This document shows positions 24,825-38,363 of a DNA stretch of 64,000 bases, one piece after another (the first letter of the stretch is position 1; every line of letters starts with the position of its first letter). A model generated the notes under the pieces. The model saw nothing but the letters and a program-made list of their open reading frames with translations, was not told the DNA's origin and made no database searches. The position numbers and the translations under genes are program-made. The stretch comes from Escherichia coli (GTDB taxonomy: Bacteria > Pseudomonadota > Gammaproteobacteria > Enterobacterales > Enterobacteriaceae). Location: assembly GCF_017348835.2 (NCBI RefSeq), contig NZ_CP071375.1; one strand, given 5' to 3'.

Positions 24825-26084
24825 ATGAATCTTACCGAATTAAAGAATACGCCGGTTTCTGAGCTGATCACTCTCGGCGAAAATATGGGGCTGGAAAACC
24901 TGGCTCGTATGCGTAAGCAGGACATTATTTTTGCCATCCTGAAGCAGCACGCAAAGAGTGGCGAAGATATCTTTGGTGATGGCGTACTGGAGATATTGCA
25001 GGATGGATTTGGTTTCCTCCGTTCCGCAGACAGCTCCTACCTCGCCGGTCCTGATGACATCTACGTTTCTCCTAGCCAAATCCGCCGTTTCAACCTCCGC
25101 ACTGGTGATACCATCTCTGGTAAGATTCGCCCGCCGAAAGAAGGTGAACGCTATTTTGCGCTGCTGAAAGTTAACGAAGTTAACTTCGACAAACCTGAAA
25201 ACGCCCGCAACAAAATCCTCTTTGAGAACTTAACCCCGCTGCACGCAAACTCTCGTCTGCGTATGGAACGTGGTAACGGTTCTACTGAAGATTTAACCGC
25301 TCGCGTACTGGATCTGGCATCACCTATCGGTCGTGGTCAGCGTGGTCTGATTGTGGCACCGCCGAAAGCCGGTAAAACCATGCTGCTGCAGAACATTGCT
25401 CAGAGCATTGCTTACAACCACCCGGATTGTGTGCTGATGGTTCTGCTGATCGACGAACGTCCGGAAGAAGTAACCGAGATGCAGCGACTGGTAAAAGGTG
25501 AAGTTGTTGCTTCTACCTTTGACGAACCCGCATCTCGCCACGTTCAGGTTGCGGAAATGGTGATCGAGAAGGCCAAACGCCTGGTTGAGCACAAGAAAGA
25601 CGTTATCATTCTGCTCGACTCCATCACTCGTCTGGCGCGCGCTTACAACACTGTTGTTCCGGCGTCAGGTAAAGTGTTGACCGGTGGTGTGGACGCCAAT
25701 GCCCTTCATCGTCCGAAACGCTTCTTTGGTGCGGCGCGTAACGTGGAAGAGGGCGGCAGCCTGACCATTATCGCGACGGCGCTTATCGATACCGGTTCTA
25801 AAATGGACGAAGTTATTTACGAAGAGTTTAAAGGTACAGGCAACATGGAACTGCACCTCTCTCGTAAGATCGCTGAAAAACGCGTCTTCCCGGCTATCGA
25901 CTACAACCGTTCCGGTACCCGTAAAGAAGAGCTGCTCACGACTCAGGAAGAACTGCAGAAAATGTGGATCCTGCGCAAAATCATTCACCCGATGGGCGAA
26001 ATCGATGCAATGGAATTCCTCATTAATAAACTGGCAATGACCAAGACCAATGACGATTTCTTCGAAATGATGAAACGCTCATAA
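24825..26084 (+). CDS. rho: Transcription termination factor Rho
   Basis: The internal start [25 protein letters not shown] gives 419 aa. Walker A is PPKAGKT. Confidence 0.97.
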
Positions 26085-26097
26085 ATTTGTCTTATGC

Positions 26098-26134
26098 CAA
26101 AAACGCCACGTGTTTACGTGGCGTTTTGCTTTTA
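26098..26134 (+). terminator. Rho-independent terminator after rho
   Basis: AACGCCACG-TGTTTA-CGTGGCGTT hairpin followed by TTGCTTTT. Confidence 0.85.
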
Positions 26135-26323
26135 TATCTGTAATCTTAATGCCGCGCTGGCGATGTTAGGAAAATTCCTGGAATTTGCTGGCATGTTATG
26201 CAATTTGCATATCAAATGGTTAATTTTTGCACAGGACAGGTGGGTTCGGAACGGACTTTCCCTTCTGAATAAAGGTCTTCGTGGTTATACTTCTGCTAAT
26301 AATTTTCTCTGAGAGCATGCATT

Positions 26324-27427
26324 GTGAATTTACTGACAGTGAGTACTGATCTCATCAGTATTTTTTTATTCACGACACTGTTTCTGTTTTTTGCCCGTAA
26401 GGTGGCAAAAAAAGTCGGTTTAGTGGATAAACCAAACTTCCGCAAACGTCACCAGGGATTGATACCTCTCGTTGGGGGGATTTCGGTTTACGCAGGGATT
26501 TGCTTCACGTTCGGAATTGTCGATTACTATATTCCGCATGCATCTCTCTATCTCGCTTGTGCCGGTGTGCTTGTTTTCATTGGCGCGCTGGATGATCGTT
26601 TTGATATCAGCGTAAAAATCCGTGCCACCATACAGGCCGCTGTTGGCATTATTATGATGGTGTTCGGCAAACTTTATCTCAGTAGCCTGGGTTATATCTT
26701 TGGCTCCTGGGAGATGGTGCTCGGACCGTTTGGTTACTTCCTGACGCTATTTGCCGTCTGGGCGGCCATTAATGCGTTCAACATGGTTGATGGCATTGAT
26801 GGCTTGCTGGGCGGGTTGTCCTGCGTCTCGTTTGCAGCAATCGGTATGATTTTGTGGTTCGACGGGCAAACCAGCCTCGCAATCTGGTGCTTTGCGATGA
26901 TCGCCGCCATCCTGCCATACATCATGCTTAACCTTGGTATCCTGGGTCGCCGCTACAAAGTCTTTATGGGTGATGCGGGCAGTACGCTGATTGGTTTTAC
27001 CGTGATCTGGATCCTGCTCGAAACGACCCAGGGCAAAACCCATCCCATCAGCCCGGTTACCGCTTTGTGGATAATCGCCATTCCGCTAATGGATATGGTG
27101 GCGATTATGTACCGTCGCCTGCGTAAAGGCATGAGCCCATTCTCTCCTGACCGGCAGCATATTCACCATTTGATCATGCGTGCCGGGTTTACTTCCCGCC
27201 AGGCGTTTGTGCTGATTACCCTTGCCGCAGCACTGCTCGCTTCCATTGGCGTGCTGGCAGAATATTCTCATTTTGTCCCGGAGTGGGTCATGCTGGTGCT
27301 CTTTTTGCTAGCATTCTTCCTCTATGGATATTGCATTAAGCGTGCCTGGAAAGTTGCTCGCTTTATTAAGCGCGTAAAACGCAGACTGCGTAGAAATCGT
27401 GGTGGCAGCCCCAATTTAACCAAATAA
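26324..27427 (+). CDS. wecA: UDP-GlcNAc:undecaprenyl-phosphate GlcNAc-1-phosphate transferase
   Basis: 367 aa polytopic membrane protein with a GTG start. MraY/WecA motifs NMVDGIDGL and MGDAGS. Confidence 0.95.
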   Translation: MNLLTVSTDLISIFLFTTLFLFFARKVAKKVGLVDKPNFRKRHQGLIPLVGGISVYAGICFTFGIVDYYIPHASLYLACAGVLVFIGALDDRFDISVKIRATIQAAVGIIMMVFGKLYLSSLGYIFGSWEMVLGPFGYFLTLFAVWAAINAFNMVDGIDGLLGGLSCVSFAAIGMILWFDGQTSLAIWCFAMIAAILPYIMLNLGILGRRYKVFMGDAGSTLIGFTVIWILLETTQGKTHPISPVTALWIIAIPLMDMVAIMYRRLRKGMSPFSPDRQHIHHLIMRAGFTSRQAFVLITLAAALLASIGVLAEYSHFVPEWVMLVLFLLAFFLYGYCIKRAWKVARFIKRVKRRLRRNRGGSPNLTK

Positions 27428-27438
27428 ATGAGGATGTG

Positions 27439-28485
27439 ATGACACAACCAATGCCTGGGAAACCGGCCGAAGACGCTGAAAATGAACTGGATATTCGTGG
27501 GTTGTTTCGTACCTTGTGGGCTGGGAAGCTATGGATTATTGGCATGGGGCTGGCGTTTGCGTTAATCGCGCTGGCGTATACGTTTTTTGCTCGTCAGGAG
27601 TGGAGCTCGACGGCGATTACCGATCGTCCAACGGTGAATATGCTGGGGGGATATTACTCGCAGCAGCAATTTTTGCGTAACCTGGATGTCCGTTCAAACA
27701 TGGCTTCTGCCGACCAACCATCGGTCATGGACGAAGCCTATAAAGAGTTTGTTATGCAACTGGCCTCGTGGGATACCCGCAGAGAGTTCTGGTTGCAAAC
27801 CGACTATTACAAGCAGCGGATGGTGGGCAACAGCAAAGCCGATGCGGCGTTGCTGGATGAAATGATTAACAACATCCAGTTTATCCCCGGAGACTTTACC
27901 CGCGCGGTCAATGACAGCGTGAAGCTTATTGCCGAAACCGCGCCTGACGCTAATAACCTGTTACGTCAGTATGTTGCTTTTGCCAGCCAGCGTGCAGCCA
28001 GCCATCTGAATGATGAGCTGAAAGGCGCATGGGCGGCACGCACCATCCAGATGAAAGCTCAGGTGAAGCGTCAGGAAGAGGTGGCGAAAGCCATCTACGA
28101 CCGCCGGATGAACAGCATTGAGCAGGCGCTGAAAATTGCTGAGCAGCATAATATTTCGCGCAGTGCGACAGATGTGCCTGCCGAGGAATTACCTGATTCA
28201 GAAATGTTCCTGCTTGGGCGTCCAATGCTCCAGGCTCGACTGGAAAATTTACAGGCCGTCGGTCCGGCCTTTGATCTCGACTATGATCAGAATCGGGCCA
28301 TGTTAAACACCCTGAATGTTGGTCCAACCCTGGATCCGCGTTTTCAGACCTATCGCTATTTGCGTACGCCGGAAGAACCGGTAAAACGCGATAGCCCACG
28401 TCGTGCCTTCCTGATGATTATGTGGGGCATTGTCGGGGGGCTGATCGGGGCTGGTGTCGCATTAACCCGCCGTTGCTCGAAATAG
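27439..28485 (+). CDS. wzzE: ECA polysaccharide chain-length modulator (PCP-1 family)
   Basis: 348 aa from ATG 27439 (the ORF track starts at GTG 27436). One TM segment at each end flanks a large coiled periplasmic domain. Confidence 0.93.
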   Translation: MTQPMPGKPAEDAENELDIRGLFRTLWAGKLWIIGMGLAFALIALAYTFFARQEWSSTAITDRPTVNMLGGYYSQQQFLRNLDVRSNMASADQPSVMDEAYKEFVMQLASWDTRREFWLQTDYYKQRMVGNSKADAALLDEMINNIQFIPGDFTRAVNDSVKLIAETAPDANNLLRQYVAFASQRAASHLNDELKGAWAARTIQMKAQVKRQEEVAKAIYDRRMNSIEQALKIAEQHNISRSATDVPAEELPDSEMFLLGRPMLQARLENLQAVGPAFDLDYDQNRAMLNTLNVGPTLDPRFQTYRYLRTPEEPVKRDSPRRAFLMIMWGIVGGLIGAGVALTRRCSK

Positions 28486-28540
28486 CAACACTGCTGCGGT
28501 GAGCGCAAAGGCGCTCGCCGCTTATTCGAAGAGAATCGAT

Positions 28541-29671
28541 GTGAAAGTACTGACTGTATTTGGTACGCGCCCGGAAGCCATCAAGATGGCTCCGTTGGTG
28601 CATGCGTTGGCAAAAGATCCTTTTTTTGAGGCTAAAGTTTGCGTCACTGCGCAGCATCGGGAGATGCTCGATCAGGTGCTGAAACTCTTTTCCATTGTAC
28701 CTGACTACGATCTCAACATAATGCAGCCAGGACAGGGCCTGACAGAGATAACCTGTCGGATTCTGGAAGGGCTAAAACCTATTCTTGCCGAGTTCAAACC
28801 AGACGTCGTGCTGGTTCACGGCGATACGACGACGACGCTGGCAACCAGCCTGGCGGCGTTTTATCAGCGTATTCCTGTTGGTCACGTTGAGGCTGGTTTA
28901 CGCACGGGCGATCTCTATTCGCCGTGGCCGGAAGAGGCTAACCGTACATTGACCGGGCATCTGGCGATGTATCACTTCTCTCCAACCGAAACTTCCCGGC
29001 AAAACTTGCTGCGTGAAAACGTTGCGGATAGCCGAATCTTCATTACCGGTAATACTGTCATCGATGCACTGTTATGGGTGCGTGACCAGGTGATGAGCAG
29101 CGACACGCTGCGTTCAGAACTGGCGGCAAATTACCCGTTTATCGACCCCGATAAAAAGATGATTCTGGTGACCGGTCACAGGCGTGAGAGCTTCGGTCGT
29201 GGATTTGAAGAAATCTGCCATGCGCTGGCAGACATCGCCACCACGCACCAGGACATCCAGATTGTCTATCCGGTGCATCTCAACCCGAACGTCAGAGAGC
29301 CGGTCAATCGCATTCTGGGGCATGTGAAAAATGTCATTCTGATCGATCCCCAGGAGTATTTACCGTTTGTCTGGCTGATGAACCACGCCTGGCTGATTTT
29401 GACCGACTCAGGCGGCATTCAGGAAGAAGCGCCTTCGCTGGGGAAACCGGTGCTGGTGATGCGCGATACCACTGAGCGTCCGGAAGCGGTGACGGCGGGT
29501 ACGGTGCGTCTGGTAGGCACGGATAAGCAGCGAATTGTCGAGGAAGTGACGCGTCTTTTAAAAGACGAAAACGAATATCAAACTATGAGCCGCGCCCATA
29601 ACCCGTATGGTGATGGTCAGGCATGCTCTCGCATTCTGGAAGCGTTAAAAAATAATCGGATATCACTATGA
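28541..29671 (+). CDS. wecB: UDP-N-acetylglucosamine 2-epimerase
   Basis: A GTG start gives 376 aa (M)[19 protein letters not shown]... with motif HVEAGLRT. Confidence 0.94.
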   Translation: MKVLTVFGTRPEAIKMAPLVHALAKDPFFEAKVCVTAQHREMLDQVLKLFSIVPDYDLNIMQPGQGLTEITCRILEGLKPILAEFKPDVVLVHGDTTTTLATSLAAFYQRIPVGHVEAGLRTGDLYSPWPEEANRTLTGHLAMYHFSPTETSRQNLLRENVADSRIFITGNTVIDALLWVRDQVMSSDTLRSELAANYPFIDPDKKMILVTGHRRESFGRGFEEICHALADIATTHQDIQIVYPVHLNPNVREPVNRILGHVKNVILIDPQEYLPFVWLMNHAWLILTDSGGIQEEAPSLGKPVLVMRDTTERPEAVTAGTVRLVGTDKQRIVEEVTRLLKDENEYQTMSRAHNPYGDGQACSRILEALKNNRISL

Positions 29672-30930
29672 GTTTTGCGACCATTTCTGTTATCGGACTG
29701 GGTTACATCGGGCTGCCTACAGCAGCAGCGTTTGCCTCACGGCAAAAACAGGTGATTGGTGTCGATATCAACCAACACGCGGTTGATACCATCAATCGTG
29801 GCGAAATCCATATCGTCGAACCTGATTTGGCGAGCGTAGTAAAAACTGCCGTAGAAGGCGGTTTTTTACGAGCGAGCACGACGCCAGTTGAAGCGGATGC
29901 CTGGCTGATTGCTGTGCCCACGCCGTTTAAAGGCGATCATGAGCCAGATATGACCTACGTTGAATCGGCTGCTCGCTCCATTGCGCCAGTGCTGAAAAAA
30001 GGCGCGCTGGTGATCCTTGAATCCACCTCGCCGGTGGGGTCAACCGAGAAGATGGCAGAATGGTTAGCAGAGATGCGTCCAGATCTCACTTTCCCACAGC
30101 AGGTGGGCGAGCAGGCGGACGTCAACATTGCTTACTGCCCGGAACGCGTGTTACCGGGCCAGGTTATGGTCGAGCTGATTAAAAACGATCGCGTGATTGG
30201 TGGTATGACGCCGGTTTGTTCGGCCCGCGCCAGCGAACTGTACAAAATTTTCCTCGAAGGTGAGTGTGTCGTCACTAACTCGCGGACGGCGGAAATGTGT
30301 AAGCTCACCGAAAACAGCTTCCGCGATGTGAATATCGCTTTTGCTAATGAATTGTCGCTGATTTGTGCCGATCAGGGGATTAACGTCTGGGAACTGATTC
30401 GCCTGGCGAATCGTCACCCTCGCGTTAATATTCTTCAGCCTGGCCCTGGCGTGGGCGGTCACTGCATTGCTGTTGATCCGTGGTTTATCGTGGCACAGAA
30501 CCCCCAGCAGGCGCGGCTTATCCGTACCGCGCGCGAAGTGAACGATCACAAACCGTTCTGGGTTATCGATCAGGTGAAAGCGGCGGTGGCTGATTGCCTG
30601 GCGGCTACCGATAAACGCGCCAGTGAACTGAAAATCGCCTGCTTTGGTCTGGCGTTTAAACCGAATATTGATGACCTGCGCGAAAGCCCGGCGATGGAAA
30701 TCGCTGAACTGATCGCCCAGTGGCATAGCGGCGAAACTCTGGTTGTTGAGCCTAACATCCACCAGTTGCCGAAAAAACTGACCGGGCTTTGTACTCTGGC
30801 GCAGCTTGATGAGGCGCTGGCAACGGCAGACGTGCTGGTGATGCTGGTCGATCATAGTCAGTTCAAAGTTATCAATGGCGACAATGTCCATCAGCAGTAT
30901 GTCGTCGATGCCAAAGGAGTCTGGCGCTGA
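29668..30930 (+). CDS. wecC: UDP-N-acetyl-D-mannosamine dehydrogenase
   Basis: 420 aa. Rossmann motif [14 protein letters not shown] overlap with the wecB stop. Confidence 0.94.
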   Translation: MSFATISVIGLGYIGLPTAAAFASRQKQVIGVDINQHAVDTINRGEIHIVEPDLASVVKTAVEGGFLRASTTPVEADAWLIAVPTPFKGDHEPDMTYVESAARSIAPVLKKGALVILESTSPVGSTEKMAEWLAEMRPDLTFPQQVGEQADVNIAYCPERVLPGQVMVELIKNDRVIGGMTPVCSARASELYKIFLEGECVVTNSRTAEMCKLTENSFRDVNIAFANELSLICADQGINVWELIRLANRHPRVNILQPGPGVGGHCIAVDPWFIVAQNPQQARLIRTAREVNDHKPFWVIDQVKAAVADCLAATDKRASELKIACFGLAFKPNIDDLRESPAMEIAELIAQWHSGETLVVEPNIHQLPKKLTGLCTLAQLDEALATADVLVMLVDHSQFKVINGDNVHQQYVVDAKGVWR

Positions 30931-31997
30931 TGAGAAAAATTCTGATAACAGGTGGTGCCGGGTTTATTGGCTCGGCGCTGGTGCGTTATATCATCAACGA
31001 AACGAGCGACGCGGTGGTAGTGGTCGATAAGCTGACCTACGCCGGAAACCTGATGTCGCTGGCACCGGTCGCGCAAAGCGAGCGCTTTGCCTTTGAGAAA
31101 GTTGATATCTGCGATCGGGCAGAACTGGCACGCGTATTCACTGAGCATCAGCCAGACTGTGTCATGCATCTGGCAGCCGAAAGCCATGTTGACCGTTCTA
31201 TTGACGGCCCGGCAGCGTTTATTGAAACCAACATTGTCGGGACTTATACATTGCTTGAAGCGGCGCGGGCTTACTGGAATGCGCTAACGGAAGATAAAAA
31301 ATCAGCGTTCCGTTTTCATCATATCTCCACTGACGAAGTATATGGTGACCTGCACTCGACGGATGATTTCTTCACCGAAACCACGCCGTATGCGCCGAGC
31401 AGCCCTTATTCCGCGTCAAAAGCCAGCAGCGACCATCTGGTGCGCGCCTGGCTGCGGACCTATGGTCTGCCGACGCTTATCACCAACTGCTCGAATAACT
31501 ACGGTCCTTATCACTTTCCGGAAAAACTGATCCCGCTGATGATCCTCAACGCGCTGGCGGGTAAACCGCTGCCGGTATATGGCAACGGGCAGCAAATCCG
31601 TGACTGGCTGTATGTTGAAGATCACGCCCGCGCGCTGTATTGCGTGGCGACCACCGGGAAAGTCGGTGAAACCTATAATATTGGTGGTCACAACGAGCGT
31701 AAGAATCTCGATGTTGTGGAAACCATTTGCGAGCTGCTGGAAGAACTGGCTCCGAACAAGCCGCACGGCGTGGCGCACTATCGTGACCTGATCACCTTTG
31801 TCGCTGACCGTCCAGGGCATGATCTGCGTTATGCCATTGATGCTTCGAAAATTGCCCGTGAACTTGGCTGGCTGCCGCAGGAAACCTTTGAAAGTGGAAT
31901 GCGTAAAACGGTGCAGTGGTATCTGGCTAATGAAAGCTGGTGGAAGCAGGTGCAGGACGGCAGCTATCAGGGCGAGCGTTTAGGTCTGAAAGGCTAA
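30930..31997 (+). CDS. rffG: dTDP-glucose 4,6-dehydratase 2
   Basis: 355 aa. SDR motifs GGAGFIGS and YSASK. Confidence 0.95.
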   Translation: MRKILITGGAGFIGSALVRYIINETSDAVVVVDKLTYAGNLMSLAPVAQSERFAFEKVDICDRAELARVFTEHQPDCVMHLAAESHVDRSIDGPAAFIETNIVGTYTLLEAARAYWNALTEDKKSAFRFHHISTDEVYGDLHSTDDFFTETTPYAPSSPYSASKASSDHLVRAWLRTYGLPTLITNCSNNYGPYHFPEKLIPLMILNALAGKPLPVYGNGQQIRDWLYVEDHARALYCVATTGKVGETYNIGGHNERKNLDVVETICELLEELAPNKPHGVAHYRDLITFVADRPGHDLRYAIDASKIARELGWLPQETFESGMRKTVQWYLANESWWKQVQDGSYQGERLGLKG

Positions 31998-32015
31998 TTT
32001 TCAGCGGAGGCAAAC

Positions 32016-32897
32016 ATGAAAGGTATTATCCTGGCGGGCGGTTCCGGTACCCGATTGCATCCGATTACGCGCGGCGTATCGAAGCAACTGTTGCCGATTT
32101 ACGATAAGCCAATGATTTACTATCCGCTGTCGGTGCTGATGCTGGCCGGTATCCGCGAAATTCTCATCATCACTACGCCGGAAGATAAAGGTTATTTCCA
32201 GCGCCTGCTGGGTGACGGCAGTGAGTTCGGTATCCAGCTGGAATATGCCGAACAGCCCTGTCCGGACGGTCTGGCGCAGGCCTTTATCATCGGTGAAACC
32301 TTCCTCAACGGTGAACCTTCTTGTCTGGTGCTGGGTGATAACATCTTCTTCGGTCAGGGCTTCAGTCCGAAGCTGCGTCATGTTGCGGCGCGCACGGAAG
32401 GGGCGACGGTATTTGGCTATCAGGTGATGGACCCGGAACGCTTTGGCGTCGTGGAGTTTGACGACAATTTCCGCGCTATCTCGCTGGAAGAAAAGCCAAA
32501 ACAGCCGAAGTCAAACTGGGCGGTGACCGGACTTTATTTCTACGACAGTAAAGTCGTGGAGTACGCAAAGCAGGTGAAGCCGTCGGAGCGTGGTGAACTG
32601 GAGATTACCTCCATCAACCAGATGTACCTCGAGGCGGGCAACCTGACCGTTGAACTGCTCGGGCGCGGATTTGCCTGGCTGGACACTGGCACTCACGACA
32701 GCCTGATTGAAGCCAGTACCTTTGTGCAGACAGTAGAAAAACGCCAGGGCTTTAAGATTGCCTGCCTGGAAGAGATCGCCTGGCGTAACGGCTGGCTCGA
32801 TGACGAGGGTGTGAAGCGTGCTGCCAGTTCATTAGCGAAAACTGGCTACGGCCAATATCTGCTGGAGTTACTTCGTGCCCGTCCGCGCCAGTATTGA
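32016..32897 (+). CDS. rffH: Glucose-1-phosphate thymidylyltransferase 2
   Basis: 293 aa [18 protein letters not shown]... Confidence 0.95.
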
Positions 32898-33549
32898 GCC
32901 ACTAACCTGGGAAAACGCCTTCTTTGGTGTTAACAGCGCCATCGTGCGCATTACGTCTGAAGCACCGCTCCTGACGCCAGACGCGTTAGCGCCGTGGTCA
33001 CGGGTGCAGGCCAAAATTGCGGCATCAAATACGGGTGAACTGGATGCCCTGCAACAGCTGGGATTCTCCCTGGTAGAAGGTGAAGTTGATTTGGCGCTAC
33101 CCGTGAACAATGCCAGTGATAGCGGTGCTGTAGTGGCACAAGAGACCGATATTCCCGCATTACGTCAGTTAGCCAGCGCCGCATTTGCGCAAAGCCGTTT
33201 TCGTGCGCCGTGGTATGCGCCTGACGCCAGCAGTCGCTTTTATGCACAGTGGATTGAAAATGCCGTGCGCGGCACCTTTGATCATCAATGTCTGATTTTA
33301 CGTGCGGCGTCCGGCGATATTCGCGGCTATGTCTCTTTACGGGAACTCAATGCGACAGATGCGCGAATTGGCCTGCTGGCTGGACGCGGTGCAGGTGCTG
33401 AGCTGATGCAAACGGCGCTAAACTGGGCGTATGCTCGCGGTAAAACAACTTTGCGGGTGGCGACCCAGATGGGCAACACCGCCGCGCTTAAACGATACAT
33501 ACAAAGTGGTGCGAATGTAGAAAGCACCGCGTACTGGTTATACAGGTGA
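32875..33549 (+). CDS. wecD: dTDP-fucosamine acetyltransferase (GNAT)
   Basis: 224 aa, overlapping rffH by 23 nt. GNAT-like C-terminal half. Confidence 0.9.
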
Positions 33550-33553
33550 TCAC

Positions 33554-34684
33554 ATGATTCCATTTAACGCACCGCCGGTGGTGGGAACCGAACTCGACTA
33601 TATGCAGTCGGCAATGGGTAGCGGCAAACTGTGTGGCGATGGCGGTTTTACCCGTCGCTGCCAGCAGTGGCTGGAGCAACGTTTTGGCAGCGCCAAAGTG
33701 TTACTGACGCCATCCTGCACCGCTTCGCTGGAGATGGCGGCGCTGCTGCTCGATATCCAGCCTGGCGATGAAGTGATCATGCCGAGCTACACCTTTGTCT
33801 CCACCGCCAATGCCTTTGTGCTGCGTGGCGCGAAAATCGTCTTTGTGGATGTTCGCCCGGACACCATGAACATCGACGAAACGCTGATTGAAGCGGCGAT
33901 CACCGACAAAACGCGCGTTATCGTGCCGGTCCATTACGCGGGTGTGGCCTGCGAAATGGACACCATTATGGCGTTGGCGAAAAAGCATAATCTGTTTGTG
34001 GTGGAAGATGCCGCTCAGGGCGTGATGTCCACTTACAAAGGGCGTGCACTGGGAACCATTGGTCATATTGGCTGCTTTAGCTTCCATGAAACCAAAAACT
34101 ACACGGCGGGCGGTGAAGGCGGCGCGACGCTGATTAACGATAAAGCGTTGATCGAACGAGCCGAGATCATCCGTGAAAAAGGCACTAACCGCAGCCAGTT
34201 CTTCCGTGGTCAGGTCGATAAATATACCTGGCGCGATATTGGCTCCAGCTATTTGATGTCCGATCTGCAAGCTGCGTACCTGTGGGCGCAACTGGAAGCA
34301 GCGGATCGTATCAACCAGCAACGTCTGGCGCTGTGGCAAAACTACTACGATGCGTTAGCGCCTCTGGCGAAAGCCGGGCGTATCGAGCTGCCGTCGATTC
34401 CCGATGGCTGCGTACAGAACGCGCATATGTTCTACATTAAACTGCGGGATATTGATGACCGGAGCGCGTTGATTAACTTTCTGAAAGAAGCGGAAATCAT
34501 GGCGGTGTTCCATTACATTCCGCTGCACGGTTGCCCTGCGGGGGAACGCTTTGGTGAGTTCCACGGTGAAGATCGCTACACCACCAAAGAGAGCGAGCGC
34601 CTGCTGCGCCTGCCGCTGTTCTACAACCTGTCGCCCGTCAATCAGCGTACGGTAATTGCGACTTTGTTGAACTACTTCTCCTGA
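33554..34684 (+). CDS. wecE: dTDP-4-amino-4,6-dideoxygalactose transaminase (DegT/DnrJ family)
   Basis: 376 aa. PLP-dependent sugar aminotransferase fold (FSFHETKN lysine region). Confidence 0.94.
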   Translation: MIPFNAPPVVGTELDYMQSAMGSGKLCGDGGFTRRCQQWLEQRFGSAKVLLTPSCTASLEMAALLLDIQPGDEVIMPSYTFVSTANAFVLRGAKIVFVDVRPDTMNIDETLIEAAITDKTRVIVPVHYAGVACEMDTIMALAKKHNLFVVEDAAQGVMSTYKGRALGTIGHIGCFSFHETKNYTAGGEGGATLINDKALIERAEIIREKGTNRSQFFRGQVDKYTWRDIGSSYLMSDLQAAYLWAQLEAADRINQQRLALWQNYYDALAPLAKAGRIELPSIPDGCVQNAHMFYIKLRDIDDRSALINFLKEAEIMAVFHYIPLHGCPAGERFGEFHGEDRYTTKESERLLRLPLFYNLSPVNQRTVIATLLNYFS

Positions 34685-34685
34685 T

Positions 34686-35936
34686 ATGTCGTTGGCAAAA
34701 GCGTCCTTGTGGACGGCGGCCAGTACACTGGTCAAGATTGGTGCCGGGTTACTGGTCGGTAAGTTGCTGGCGGTGTCATTTGGTCCGGCGGGGCTTGGGC
34801 TGGCGGCAAATTTCCGCCAGTTGATTACCGTGCTCGGCGTGCTTGCCGGGGCTGGCATCTTTAACGGTGTAACCAAATACGTTGCCCAGTACCATGATAA
34901 TCCCCAACAGCTGCGCCGCGTGGTCGGCACTTCATCAGCGATGGTACTTGGCTTCTCTACGCTGATGGCGCTGGTTTTTGTGCTGGCAGCTGCGCCAATC
35001 AGCCAGGGATTGTTTGGTAATACCGACTATCAGGGGCTGGTGCGTTTAGTGGCGCTGGTGCAAATGGGGATCGCCTGGGGCAACCTGTTACTGGCGCTGA
35101 TGAAAGGCTTTCGCGATGCCGCAGGTAATGCGTTATCGCTGATTGTTGGCAGCTTGATTGGCGTTCTCGCGTACTACGTCAGTTACCGTTTGGGCGGTTA
35201 TGAAGGGGCGTTGCTGGGTCTGGCGCTGATTCCCGCGCTGGTGGTGATTCCTGCCGCCATCATGTTGATCAAACGTGGTGTCATCCCGTTAAGCTATCTG
35301 AAACCCAGCTGGGATAACGGTCTGGCAGGGCAGTTGAGCAAATTTACGCTCATGGCGTTGATTACGTCGGTGACCTTGCCTGTTGCTTACATCATGATGC
35401 GCAAACTGCTGGCAGCGCAGTATAGCTGGGATGAAGTGGGGATCTGGCAAGGGGTGAGCAGTATTTCCGATGCCTACCTGCAATTTATTACGGCATCGTT
35501 CAGCGTATATTTGCTGCCCACGTTGTCGCGGCTAACGGAAAAGCGCGATATCACCCGGGAAGTGGTTAAATCGCTAAAATTCGTCTTACCGGCAGTGGCG
35601 GCGGCGAGTTTTACCGTCTGGTTGCTGCGTGATTTTGCTATTTGGCTGCTGTTGTCGAATAAATTTACCGCTATGCGCGATCTCTTTGCCTGGCAGTTAG
35701 TGGGTGATGTGTTAAAAGTGGGCGCTTATGTCTTTGGTTATCTGGTGATCGCCAAAGCGTCACTGCGGTTTTATATTCTGGCGGAAGTCAGCCAGTTCAC
35801 TTTATTGATGGTATTTGCCCACTGGCTAATCCCTGCGCATGGTGCACTGGGCGCGGCGCAGGCATATATGGCAACTTATATCGTCTATTTTTCTCTTTGT
35901 TGTGGCGTGTTTTTACTCTGGCGTAGGCGGGTATGA
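34686..35936 (+). CDS. wzxE: ECA lipid III flippase (MOP/Wzx family)
   Basis: 416 aa with about 12 TM segments. Starts 1 nt after the wecE stop. Confidence 0.92.
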   Translation: MSLAKASLWTAASTLVKIGAGLLVGKLLAVSFGPAGLGLAANFRQLITVLGVLAGAGIFNGVTKYVAQYHDNPQQLRRVVGTSSAMVLGFSTLMALVFVLAAAPISQGLFGNTDYQGLVRLVALVQMGIAWGNLLLALMKGFRDAAGNALSLIVGSLIGVLAYYVSYRLGGYEGALLGLALIPALVVIPAAIMLIKRGVIPLSYLKPSWDNGLAGQLSKFTLMALITSVTLPVAYIMMRKLLAAQYSWDEVGIWQGVSSISDAYLQFITASFSVYLLPTLSRLTEKRDITREVVKSLKFVLPAVAAASFTVWLLRDFAIWLLLSNKFTAMRDLFAWQLVGDVLKVGAYVFGYLVIAKASLRFYILAEVSQFTLLMVFAHWLIPAHGALGAAQAYMATYIVYFSLCCGVFLLWRRRV

Positions 35937-37012
35937 CTGTACTGATTCACGTACTGGGATCGGATATCCCTCACCATAACCGAACCGTTCTGCGGTTTTT
36001 CAACGACGCGCTGGCCGCGACGAGCGAGCACGCGCGCGAGTTTATGGTTGTTGGCAAGGACGACGGCTTAAGTGATAGCTGTCCGGCGCTTTCTGTGCAA
36101 TTTTTCCCTGGGAAAAAAGCGCTGGCGGAAGCGGTCATCGCGAAAGCAAAAGCTAACCGTCAGCAGCGTTTTTTCTTCCACGGTCAGTTCAATCCCAAAC
36201 TGTGGCTGGCTTTGCTGAGTGGTGGCATTAAGTCCCGCCAGTTTTTCTGGCATATCTGGGGGGCAGATCTGTATGAGCTTTCCAGTGGTTTGAGATATAA
36301 GCTTTTTTACCCGCTACGTCGCCTGGCGCAAAAGCGAGTCGGCTGTGTATTTGCCACCCGCGGTGATTTGAGCTTTTTTGCCAAAACGCATCCAAAGGTG
36401 CGGGGCGAACTGCTGTACTTCCCGACGCGGATGGACCCTTCTCTCAATACGATGGCGAACGATCGGCAACGTGAAGGGAAAATGACCATTTTGGTGGGGA
36501 ACTCCGGCGACCGCAGCAATGAGCATGTCGCCGCCTTACATGCCGTTCATCAGCAATTTGGCGATACGGTAAAAGTGGTGGTGCCGATGGGATATCCGCC
36601 TAATAACGAAGCGTACATTGAGGAAGTTCGTCAGGCGGGGCTGGAGTTATTCAGCGAAGAAAATCTGCAAGTTCTGAGCGAAAAACTGGAATTTGACGCC
36701 TATCTGGCGCTACTTCGTCAGTGCGATCTCGGTTACTTTATTTTTGCCCGCCAGCAGGGCATTGGTACGCTGTGCTTACTGATTCAGGCGGGCATTCCTT
36801 GTGTGCTTAACCGGGAAAATCCGTTCTGGCAGGATATGACGGAACAGCATTTGCCGGTGCTGTTTACTACCGACGATCTCAACGAGGATATTGTGCGTGA
36901 AGCGCAGCGCCAGTTGGCGTCGGTGGATAAAAACACCATTGCCTTCTTTAGCCCTAACTATCTACAAGGCTGGCAGCGGGCGTTGGCGATTGCCGCCGGG
37001 GAGGTCGCATGA
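35933..37012 (+). CDS. wecF: TDP-Fuc4NAc:lipid II Fuc4NAc transferase
   Basis: 359 aa. ATGA overlap with wzxE. Position and sequence match rffT/wecF. Confidence 0.92.
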
Positions 37013-38361
37013 GTCTGCTGCAATTCAGTGGCCTGTTTGTGGTCTGGCTGCTCTGCACGCTGTTTATTGCCACGCTGACCTGGTTTGAGTTTCGCCGTGT
37101 GCGCTTTAACTTCAATGTCTTCTTTTCATTGCTGTTTTTGCTCACCTTTTTCTTCGGCTTCCCGCTGACCAGCGTGCTGGTATTTCGCTTTGATGTTGGT
37201 GTCGCGCCGCCAGAAATCTTGTTGCAGGCGTTGCTTTCTGCGGGCTGCTTCTACGCGGTTTACTACGTCACCTACAAAACCCGCCTACGCAAACGCGTTG
37301 CTGATGTACCGCGCCGTCCGCTGTTTACCATGAACCGCGTGGAGACCAATCTTACGTGGGTGATCCTGATGGGTATCGCGCTGGTAAGCGTCGGCATCTT
37401 CTTCATGCACAACGGCTTTTTGCTGTTCCGGCTTAACTCCTACAGTCAGATCTTCTCCAGTGAAGTCTCCGGCGTGGCGTTAAAACGCTTCTTTTACTTT
37501 TTCATCCCGGCGATGCTGGTGGTCTACTTTCTGCGCCAGGACAGCAAAGCGTGGCTGTTTTTCCTCGTCAGCACGGTCGCCTTTGGCTTGCTGACTTATA
37601 TGATTGTCGGCGGCACTCGCGCCAATATCATCATCGCATTCGCTATCTTCCTGTTTATTGGCATTATTCGCGGCTGGATTTCGTTGTGGATGCTGGCGGC
37701 GGCGGGCGTGCTGGGGATTGTTGGCATGTTCTGGCTGGCGCTAAAACGCTATGGAATGAATGTGAGCGGCGATGAAGCGTTCTATACGTTTCTCTATCTC
37801 ACTCGCGACACCTTCTCGCCGTGGGAGAATCTGGCGTTGCTGTTGCAGAACTACGACAACATCGACTTCCAGGGCCTGGCTCCAATTGTCCGCGATTTCT
37901 ATGTCTTTATCCCTTCCTGGCTGTGGCCGGGTCGCCCGAGTATGGTGCTGAACTCCGCCAACTACTTTACCTGGGAAGTGCTGAATAACCACTCCGGACT
38001 GGCGATCTCGCCTACGCTTATAGGCTCACTGGTGGTGATGGGCGGCGCGTTGTTCATCCCGCTCGGGGCGATTGTGGTTGGACTGATCATCAAATGGTTC
38101 GACTGGCTGTATGAGCTGGGCAACCGCGAGACTAATCGCTATAAGGCTGCGATATTGCACAGTTTCTGCTTTGGGGCGATCTTCAATATGATCGTGCTGG
38201 CACGTGAAGGGCTGGATTCGTTTGTCTCACGCGTAGTCTTTTTTATCGTGGTCTTCGGCGCATGTCTGATGATCGCAAAACTGTTGTACTGGCTTTTTGA
38301 AAGCGCCGGGCTCATTCATAAACGTACAAAATCATCGCTCCGGACGCAGGTTGAAGGATAA
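37009..38361 (+). CDS. wzyE: ECA polymerase
   Basis: 450 aa polytopic membrane protein. ATGA overlap with wecF. Confidence 0.92.
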
Positions 38362-38363
38362 CA

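Noticed and set aside
26094-26312. A 72 aa ORF between rho and wecA.
   Set aside because: It starts inside the rho terminator hairpin, has no SD and has an implausible composition. The region is better explained as the rho terminator plus the wec promoter region.
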